NCBI GenBank assembly: GCA_902788575.1
Contig: CADAKY010000007.1
Span: forward strand, 2,743-66,742
From: an uncultured bacterium
Lineage (GTDB): Bacteria; Cyanobacteriota; Vampirovibrionia; Gastranaerophilales; Gastranaerophilaceae
Reading direction: 5' to 3'
DNA length: 64,000 nt
In this document: positions 56,659-64,000 of the stretch, one piece after another
How positions within the stretch are numbered: position 1 is the first letter of the stretch
Layout: each line of letters opens with the position of its first letter
Notes under the pieces: generated by a model
Told to the model about the DNA's origin: nothing
The model's input: only the letters and a program-made list of their open reading frames with translations
Databases searched by the model: none
Program-made: the position numbers and the translations under genes

Positions 56659-56685
56659 TAAAGTTTTAAAAAATTATGCCGATAA
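56659..56685 (+). promoter_or_regulatory. Sigma-28/FliA-type promoter (perfect consensus)
   Basis: TAAAGTTT-taaaaaattat-GCCGATAA, 52 nt upstream of ATG 56738. Confidence 0.88.
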
Positions 56686-56737
56686 ACATGTCAAGTAGGA
56701 TTGTATTGTTATGAAATTTTAGAAAGGAGAACAATCA

Positions 56738-58636
56738 ATGGCAGAATTTGGTAAAGTAGACCCTACTAAAGCACAGGCTATTATTAATGCTTTAAAGGAT
56801 GGTAGGATTAACCAGAAGGAAGCAGAAAACCTTGGTCTTACTGCACAAGAAGCAGAAGAACTTAACAAGGCATTTTCTTCAGGAGAAGTACAAATCGGTG
56901 ACTTTGTACTGGTAAACAAGGGTAAAACTAAAGACGGCAAAAAGCAAATAACTGAAACAAAAATGGCTGAAAGTGAAGATGAAAAAGCATTTAAATCATT
57001 AGGTAAGCAAGCTTATGATTTCTTTATCGGCAGACATGTTGAACATGCTAAGAATATTGTAAGACCATTTGTAAAAGCTTGGAATAATAATGATGGTGCA
57101 GAAAATGTTGCGAAAGCGATGCCGCAGGCATTTAAAGAATCAGCAAAAGCAGCAGGAAATGCAGTTGTTGAAAATCTCACGGTAGCAGCTAAAGTAGGAA
57201 TAACAGTATTAGGTGGCGGACTTACATCTTGTTCAAATGATTATACAGAACCTACTACAATAAATCTAACAGGTAATCAAAGTATTTCGGTTAAACTTCA
57301 ATCGCTAAGTGAAAAATCATCATCAGCAGATGCTATAGAAATATTAAAAGAATTAGTAGATCATCAGAAAGAAACAATAGAAGAAATACAAAAACATGGT
57401 AAAACCCTAGAAGATATCAAAGCAATATTGGGTGCAATTTTGCAAAGAGAAATTGAACAAGGAAATGATATTAAAGTTCTTCTTGATTTAGCACAACAAG
57501 CTGGTGTTAATTTAAAACAAGTTGTTGAAAAACTAACAGAAAACAACCAGCTATTGAGTGGTATCAGAATTGATAACAACAATAATACACAAAAGATTCT
57601 TGAAGCAATTGACAAGATTAATGCAAGTGTTAAGAGTTTAGGAGATCAAATCCACGAACTGCCGGATAAATTCAAAGCTGAGTTTAAAGGTGATTTGACA
57701 GCTATTTACAATGCAATTAAAGAAGGCAATGTATCACTTGGAGAAATTCAGGGCAATATTCAGTCACTCGCTGCAAAATTGGAAGCTAATCTTGATAAAA
57801 TCTATAAACAAGCTCAAGCTAACGGCAAAACTCAAATTCAAATCAAAAATATGCTTGAAAAGATTAAAAACGGCGACCGCAAAGATTATACACAAATATT
57901 GCTTGATATGCTAGATGTATTGAAAAACATTGACTTTACAACTCAAGATACAAACCAAACAGTTAAAGATATCAAAGCAGAAATTGCTGATATGAAAGCT
58001 GATTTAAAAACATTAGTAAACAACAGTAATTATATTTCAACCAGAGTAGATAATATTGCAAAAACAGAAGAACAACAAAAGGCATTGCTTGAAGCTATAC
58101 TGGCTGCAATAAAAGCAGTAGGTTCGTCAAATACAGCAGAAAACCAAGCTATTCTTGAAGCATTACTAAAACAAGGAAATGACTTGAAAGATATAATGGC
58201 TGTATTAAACTCAATTAACAAAAATGTAGTCAAAGGTAATGAAACAACTGAAAATTACGGCAAACAAATTTTGGCAGCAATTAAAGCAGGTAATGTTGAT
58301 CTTTCTAAACTTGTTGAATTAACCAAACATATTGATGAAGATCAACATAAGATAATTGCTAACCAAGATGTAACAATAGGTATCGGTAATGCAATTCTTG
58401 AATGGCTCAAAAACCATAAACCGAACGGCGGAAACAATGTCGATTATACAGCTATTCTGACAAAGATGTCGGGACAATTAGATGATATTCTTGCAGCAAT
58501 TAAAGACCATGAAGTTCACGTAACAGTAGATGATCTTAATATCACAGTAGATGTAACAGGTAAAGTAAAATGTGAATGTACATGTTCAGACGGACATAAG
58601 CATGAAGGAATCATCGGAGACTTAGGCGTTATTTAA
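56738..58636 (+). CDS. Large hypothetical coiled-coil protein with internal lipobox-like segment
   Basis: AAAGGAG RBS; KVGITVLGGGLTSC near aa 165; long heptad-rich core; C-terminal CECTCSDGHKHEG. Confidence 0.85.
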   Translation: MAEFGKVDPTKAQAIINALKDGRINQKEAENLGLTAQEAEELNKAFSSGEVQIGDFVLVNKGKTKDGKKQITETKMAESEDEKAFKSLGKQAYDFFIGRHVEHAKNIVRPFVKAWNNNDGAENVAKAMPQAFKESAKAAGNAVVENLTVAAKVGITVLGGGLTSCSNDYTEPTTINLTGNQSISVKLQSLSEKSSSADAIEILKELVDHQKETIEEIQKHGKTLEDIKAILGAILQREIEQGNDIKVLLDLAQQAGVNLKQVVEKLTENNQLLSGIRIDNNNNTQKILEAIDKINASVKSLGDQIHELPDKFKAEFKGDLTAIYNAIKEGNVSLGEIQGNIQSLAAKLEANLDKIYKQAQANGKTQIQIKNMLEKIKNGDRKDYTQILLDMLDVLKNIDFTTQDTNQTVKDIKAEIADMKADLKTLVNNSNYISTRVDNIAKTEEQQKALLEAILAAIKAVGSSNTAENQAILEALLKQGNDLKDIMAVLNSINKNVVKGNETTENYGKQILAAIKAGNVDLSKLVELTKHIDEDQHKIIANQDVTIGIGNAILEWLKNHKPNGGNNVDYTAILTKMSGQLDDILAAIKDHEVHVTVDDLNITVDVTGKVKCECTCSDGHKHEGIIGDLGVI

Positions 58637-58660
58637 GCATTATAGCCGAAATAAATAAGC

Positions 58661-58694
58661 AAAGCGGAATTCTTATGAGTTCCGCTTTTGTTTT
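58661..58694. terminator. Bidirectional terminator overlapping the stop of the TolC-family gene
   Basis: AAAGCGGAATTC-ttat-GAGTTCCGCTTTTGTTTT. Confidence 0.75.
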
Positions 58695-60052
58695 GGGAGT
58701 ACCACCTCAGCCGAAACAAGATTTCGACCGATTGCTTTTTCAAGATTTGCCTTAGAAGTATTGTATTCATAAACTGTCTTACAATAAGTTAATTGTGCAT
58801 CACGATATTGTGTCTGAGCGTCTTCCAATTCAACAGGATTGCCGACACCTACTTTATATCTGCCATACGACAATTCATAATTCTCTTTTGCCTGCTGCAT
58901 TCCCAAATATGCAACAGGAATCTGGTTTTTCTTTTCATTCAGTTCATAATATGATTGCTGAACTTCGAAATATATATTATTCCTTGTGCTTTCAGCCAGA
59001 GCCTGTTGTTTGGAATAAAGTGCGCGCGCCTCTTTTATTTCATTCTTAATCAGCATACCGTTTATCGTAGGGAAATTTAAATACCCGCCAAAATTATAAC
59101 CGTAGTTTGATGTCGGATGTTTACCACCGATTTGATACTGACCTTCTATAGTAAATTGCGGAAGAAAAGATTTCTGAACAAGTTTAACGTTCTGCATTGC
59201 CTGATTCGTTTTTACTCCGGCAAGCTGGAATTCAGGTCTCGAATCTTTTGTAATCTCTATTGCTTTATCTAATGAAATTTCATAAGTGCTGCTGTTTAAA
59301 CAATCAGCCGGAATATATTTGTTATAATACGGCAGTCCCATTGTATTACTCAACTTTGCCATAGCAACTTTTACACCGTGTTCAGCCTGTATCATAGATA
59401 ATTTCGAATTACTCAGATTGACTTCCGCTATTGTAACATCAACTTTAGGTTTTGTTCCCGCTTTATACAAAGCGAGCGCTTGTTTATAAAACAATGCATA
59501 TTTTTCCATCATTTCTTCCGCAACGCGTTTTTGTTCAACTGCATACTGGAGATTGTAATACGCATTCTTAACGTTACATAAAACATCATTAACGGTTCCT
59601 GTGAGTATTATTTTATATCCGTCTCTGTCTAATCTTCTGATTGTTGCCTGATTCTGTGTTACACCAAAATCATAAAGCATCTGTGATGCACTTATTTGCC
59701 CCAAAACCCAGTAACTGTATATTAAATTTTCGCTGAATACATCTGATAATTGAAGTTGTCTGATTCTGCTGTACCCGCTTTGCCAGCTAAATTGCGGGAA
59801 ATATGCCGCCCAGGTTTCTCTTAGTCTTGCATCTGAGGCAAATACATCCTGCATTGCAGCCTGTATTCTCGGATTATTACCAAGAGCAAACCGCATACAC
59901 TCTTCGAGTGACACAGTATAAGTATTTTCAATTCCGCCCTTAATTACATCACCGGATTCGATTTTAGGCTCTACATCTTTGCTGTCCGGAAAACTCGCTC
60001 CTGCAGAAGTTACTGAAAGAGCAAGCAGTAATACTAATAATATTTTTTTCAT
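58673..60052 (-). CDS. TolC family outer membrane efflux protein
   Basis: Signal peptide, ALGNNPRI, two OEP repeats, RYKVGVG. Confidence 0.92.
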   Translation of the reverse strand: MKKILLVLLLALSVTSAGASFPDSKDVEPKIESGDVIKGGIENTYTVSLEECMRFALGNNPRIQAAMQDVFASDARLRETWAAYFPQFSWQSGYSRIRQLQLSDVFSENLIYSYWVLGQISASQMLYDFGVTQNQATIRRLDRDGYKIILTGTVNDVLCNVKNAYYNLQYAVEQKRVAEEMMEKYALFYKQALALYKAGTKPKVDVTIAEVNLSNSKLSMIQAEHGVKVAMAKLSNTMGLPYYNKYIPADCLNSSTYEISLDKAIEITKDSRPEFQLAGVKTNQAMQNVKLVQKSFLPQFTIEGQYQIGGKHPTSNYGYNFGGYLNFPTINGMLIKNEIKEARALYSKQQALAESTRNNIYFEVQQSYYELNEKKNQIPVAYLGMQQAKENYELSYGRYKVGVGNPVELEDAQTQYRDAQLTYCKTVYEYNTSKANLEKAIGRNLVSAEVVLPKQKRNS

Positions 60053-63000
60053 TACGGTTTTCTTTTTCTAAAGCATATATAAACTATACTTAGAAATATT
60101 AAACCAACCAAAACATATTTTAAGCTGGCCGGAAGGGCTATAAATAAGCTCATCAACTTACCCCACAGGGCAGGTAATATTATCATTAAAACTAAATAAA
60201 TTGCTGCACATATAGCCAGATAACGTAAAAATGTATTCAAAAAGTCTTTTCTCTGCTCTTTTTCGTGTTTAATAGTATTCATCAAAACAAAAAATGCCGG
60301 AACTAAAATACTTCCTACAAATGCAACCGCAATCATTCCGCCGAATACTGAAACACCAATCGAATTTCTGCTTCCGGCACCGGCACCTTTTGCAAATACA
60401 AGAGGGAGCAAGCCCAAAATAAACGCGATATTTGTCATCATAACAGCTCTAAAACGAAGTTTTGCAGCCTGCATTGCAGCTTCAAGATAGTTCATTCCCT
60501 GTTGTTCCATCGCATCTTTAGCAAATTCTACAATAAGAATTGCCTGTTTTGTTGATAAACCTATTAGCATTACTAATCCGACTTGTGCATATATATCCAG
60601 AGCCAAACCCCAGACATACTGCAAGAATAAAGCACCCAGAAGAGCAACAGGGGAAATTAACATTACGGCAAGCGGTAAAGTCCAGCTTTCATACAGCGCA
60701 ACCAAAAACAGATAAACAAATGTTAGTGCCATTGCTAAAATAGGCGCAATCTGTCCTGCTGATTCCTTCTCCTGCAAAGATGTTCCTGACCAAGCATAGT
60801 CCATATCCGAAGGTAAAATTTTATCAGACAACTCTTCCATTGCTTTAATAGCACTGCCTGTACTTACTCCCGGACCGTTTACAGCATTAATCGTAATCGA
60901 CGGATACAAGTTAAAACGCGTTAATTCAAACGGTCCAATGACATCACGTGTAGTAATCATTGATGTTAGCGGAACCATTTTCCCCTGATTATTCTTTACA
61001 TAAACCTTGTGTAAATCATCCATTGTAGCTCTGTAAGGAGCATCTGCCTGCATATAGACCCTATATACCCTGCCGTATTTATTAAAGTCATTAATATATG
61101 TTGAAGCATACTGAGCTGCAAGAGTTGAATAAATCTCAGAAACAGGAACTCCCTGCGCCATTGCTTTATCTTCCTGAATCTCAACAACAACCTGTGGAAG
61201 CGAAGAAGTGAAAGCAGTATAAACATTTGAAAAAGCAGGATTTTGCTTTGCCTGCTGCATAAATTTCTGTGCTTCTACAAACATTTCATCAGGAGTTCTG
61301 TCACCTTTATCCAAAAGTTGATATTCAACACCGCCAAACATACCTAAACCTGTAATAGCAGGTGGTTGTGTTACAAAAGTTGTTGTTTCTGTATATTTTG
61401 AAGCTATCTGGCGTGATTGCTCCATAATACTGTTTATAGATTTTTTTGCTGATTTTCTGTCATGCCATGGATCAAGTTTTACAATCACAAATGCAGTGTT
61501 TTCACCGTTAAATCCATTAATGGAAAGAACTGATTTTACCCCCGGAATCTCAAGAATCTCCTTTCCGATTCTTTGAACAACCTCGGTAGAACGTGAAAGT
61601 GTTGCACCATCCTGTAGCTGCACCTGAATAAACATTGCTCCTCTGTCTTCATCCGGTAAAAATCCTGACGGAATAATTTTTCCCATTATAAATATCAACA
61701 AGAAAATTCCCATCAAACCGGCAAGCGTTTTCTTTGGTGCTTTGACAAAATAATTAACAACATCAAGATACTTGTCTCTGACACCCATAAACCAGTTTTC
61801 AAATTTTTGTATGAATTCAAAATCTGTTTTTTCTTCACCCGATTTTAATATTGTTGAACATAATGCAGGGGAAAGCGTTAGTGCAACTACCGTTGATAGA
61901 CCCACAGATACCGCAATACAAACAGCAAATTGTCTGTACATTTGACCTGTAATCCCGCCCATAAATGAAACCGGAACAAATACAGCCATCAATACAAGTG
62001 AAGTTGCTACAACCGCGCCAAAAACCTCCTGCATTGTAATTTCTGTAGCTTCTTTCGGTGATTTACCCTCCTGTATATGGCGCTGGGTGTTTTCCAATAC
62101 AACTATAGCGTCATCAACTACCAAGCCTACAGCCAACACAAGCCCAAACAAAATCAAAAGGTTTATTGAAAAACCTATTGCCGCCATAAACATAAATACA
62201 CCAATCAATGAAACAGGGATTGCACAGAAAGGAATAAATGCGGCTCTTGCTGTTCCCAAAAACAAATATGTAACGGCACTAACCAGCAAGACTGCCAAAA
62301 GAATTGCACTGATAACCTCTTTTATAGATTCTCTTACAAATTCCGTAACATCATACTGAACGTGATATTCCATATCTTTCGGAAATTTTTTAGAAAGAAC
62401 CTTCATCTTATCATTTATTTTATTAACCAAATCAATTGTATTTGCTTCCGGCAATTGTGTAACTGCTATCATTGCACAAGGTTTTCCGTCAATTAACGAT
62501 GCTGAAGAATAATTTTCCGCACCAAGTTCAACTCTTGCTACATCTTTAATTTTTACGTTTGAACCGTTTAAATTAGATTTTACAATTATATTTTCAAATT
62601 CTTCAACAGTCTTCAATCTGCCTTTTGTTCTCAGAGTAAATTTCATCATCTGCGGTGTATCCATAGGTTCAACACCAATATTTCCGGCAGGAGATTGAAT
62701 GTTCTGCGAAGTAATTGCATTACTTATATCCGTTGTAGAAACGCCTAAACTTGCCATTTTATCAGGTTTAAGCCAAATTCTCATTGAATAATCGCCTGCG
62801 CCAAATACTTGAACCCTCGCACATCCTTTTGTTCTTGCAAGTTCATCTTTTATGTATAAAGAAGCATAGTTTGCAAGATACAAAGCATCATAAGATTGAT
62901 TCGGTGAACTTAAACCGATAAACAAACAACCTCCGCCGCCTGTTGATTTACGCACAGTAAGCCCATAACGCCGAACCTCCTCCGGCAATCTTGGTGTAAC

Positions 63001-63339
63001 AAGTTGAAGCTGGTTTTGAACGTTTACAAGGTTCATATCAGCATCAGAACCGACTTCAAAATATATTGTAAGCTTATACATACCGTTACTTGATTCAGAA
63101 GACATGTAAATCATATCCTCAACACCGTTTAATTGAAGTTCAATCGGTGCTGCTATAGTAGAAGTAATAACGTCTGCATTTGCTCCGCTGTATGTTGCAT
63201 TTACGATAACCTGAGGAGGAGTAATTGAAGGATACTCTTCCAACGGCAAAGTAGTTAAACTTATTAAGCCGGCAAGAATTATACCCAACGAAATAACTAT
63301 CGCAAACTTAGGACGTTTTATGAACAAATTTCCTGCCAT
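60052..63339 (-). CDS. RND efflux permease (AcrB/HAE1 family)
   Basis: FIKRPKFA, LAVGLVVDDAIVVLEN, KQAILIVEFA, RFRAVMMT. Confidence 0.96.
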   Translation of the reverse strand: MAGNLFIKRPKFAIVISLGIILAGLISLTTLPLEEYPSITPPQVIVNATYSGANADVITSTIAAPIELQLNGVEDMIYMSSESSNGMYKLTIYFEVGSDADMNLVNVQNQLQLVTPRLPEEVRRYGLTVRKSTGGGGCLFIGLSSPNQSYDALYLANYASLYIKDELARTKGCARVQVFGAGDYSMRIWLKPDKMASLGVSTTDISNAITSQNIQSPAGNIGVEPMDTPQMMKFTLRTKGRLKTVEEFENIIVKSNLNGSNVKIKDVARVELGAENYSSASLIDGKPCAMIAVTQLPEANTIDLVNKINDKMKVLSKKFPKDMEYHVQYDVTEFVRESIKEVISAILLAVLLVSAVTYLFLGTARAAFIPFCAIPVSLIGVFMFMAAIGFSINLLILFGLVLAVGLVVDDAIVVLENTQRHIQEGKSPKEATEITMQEVFGAVVATSLVLMAVFVPVSFMGGITGQMYRQFAVCIAVSVGLSTVVALTLSPALCSTILKSGEEKTDFEFIQKFENWFMGVRDKYLDVVNYFVKAPKKTLAGLMGIFLLIFIMGKIIPSGFLPDEDRGAMFIQVQLQDGATLSRSTEVVQRIGKEILEIPGVKSVLSINGFNGENTAFVIVKLDPWHDRKSAKKSINSIMEQSRQIASKYTETTTFVTQPPAITGLGMFGGVEYQLLDKGDRTPDEMFVEAQKFMQQAKQNPAFSNVYTAFTSSLPQVVVEIQEDKAMAQGVPVSEIYSTLAAQYASTYINDFNKYGRVYRVYMQADAPYRATMDDLHKVYVKNNQGKMVPLTSMITTRDVIGPFELTRFNLYPSITINAVNGPGVSTGSAIKAMEELSDKILPSDMDYAWSGTSLQEKESAGQIAPILAMALTFVYLFLVALYESWTLPLAVMLISPVALLGALFLQYVWGLALDIYAQVGLVMLIGLSTKQAILIVEFAKDAMEQQGMNYLEAAMQAAKLRFRAVMMTNIAFILGLLPLVFAKGAGAGSRNSIGVSVFGGMIAVAFVGSILVPAFFVLMNTIKHEKEQRKDFLNTFLRYLAICAAIYLVLMIILPALWGKLMSLFIALPASLKYVLVGLIFLSIVYICFRKRKP

Positions 63340-63345
63340 CTGTAC

Positions 63346-64000
63346 CTACTTCCCTAAAATCTTCCTGATAAATTTTTTAATTTTAGTAAATATTCCTGCT
63401 TTTTTAGGTGTTGATGTATTATTAACAGCGGTTTCAACAATTCTTACAGGATTTCCCGGTATAACTTTTTGAAGACCGGTTGTCAAAATTCTGTCACCGA
63501 CTTTTACACCATCAGACACAACCCAATTATTATCAACCTGTCCCATAGTTTTAATATAAGTAATTCTAGGAATATTTTCATCATCAAGGATATAAACAAA
63601 CATACCCTCCTGATTCTCCATTGTTGCCGCTTGCGGAACGACAGGCATACTGTCTTCTTTATTAGAGTATATGATTACTCTGCCAAATCCGCCTTGAAGA
63701 AGTTCATCCTTAGGATTTTTGAATGTTGCCCTTAAAGTAATAGTACCTGTTGATTCATCAATTTTATTATCATGAAAATCCTGAACACCTTTAAATTCAT
63801 ATTTTTTACCGGAACTAAAGATAAAATCGACTTCTCTGTTTGCATCGGGTTCACCATCTATGCGCACAAGTTCATCAAAATCTTTTGCTTCCAGCGGAAA
63901 AGTAATATACATAGGGTCAGAACTGTTGATTGTTGTTAATGGTCCGCTGTTCATTGAAACAAAGTTCCCGACAGTTACATCAATAATACCAACACGACCG
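63346..64000 (-). CDS. RND periplasmic adaptor (AcrA-like), 5' partial
   Basis: IDESTGTITLRATFKNP, VVPQAA, WVVSDGVKVGDRI; frame continues past the window end (GRVGIIDVTVGNFVS). Confidence 0.92.
   Translation of the reverse strand, partial: GRVGIIDVTVGNFVSMNSGPLTTINSSDPMYITFPLEAKDFDELVRIDGEPDANREVDFIFSSGKKYEFKGVQDFHDNKIDESTGTITLRATFKNPKDELLQGGFGRVIIYSNKEDSMPVVPQAATMENQEGMFVYILDDENIPRITYIKTMGQVDNNWVVSDGVKVGDRILTTGLQKVIPGNPVRIVETAVNNTSTPKKAGIFTKIKKFIRKILGK

Noticed and set aside
58673-64000. RND efflux operon as a novel system
   Set aside because: Ordinary adaptor-permease-TolC arrangement.

Overview
AT-rich bacterial chromosome segment with about 58 CDS and one tRNA-Arg(CCG); no CRISPR array, prophage or transposase was seen. 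Gene content points to a non-photosynthetic relative of Cyanobacteria (Melainabacteria/Vampirovibrionia, probably Gastranaerophilales); this assignment is an inference. The evidence is a diderm envelope (LptB/LptF, TolC, AsmA, HldE kinase) plus cyanobacterial-type IctB, MgdA-like GT2, DUF4330, crtE-DUF212 synteny and a PDZ/DUF512 radical SAM, with no photosynthesis genes. Most genes are housekeeping (metK, pgi, rsgA, upp, udp, pcrA, mgtE, yajQ, thiL, dnaE, apt, nadD, yqeK, RND pump). The most striking signal is non-coding. Eight lineage-specific orphan genes scattered among the housekeeping genes share a three-part regulatory grammar: (i) near-perfect sigma-28/FliA promoters (TAAAGTTT-N11-GCCGATAA, 4 copies); (ii) a bipartite motif GCAATT-N15-ACTTTATA with invariant spacing (5 copies) that matches no sigma consensus I recognise; (iii) 10-bp-period direct repeats matching the cyanobacterial RpaB HLR1 box, placed 14-18 bp upstream of these promoters. 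One such divergent module is split by a GC-rich REP-like insertion flanked by a 19-bp duplication of the box. Also seen: seven putative leaderless genes, a missed 59-aa ORF, several degenerate enzymes (PheA, histidine kinase, HD-GYP, PilZ-like), and an MnmD-like methyltransferase coupled to an FAD oxidoreductase.
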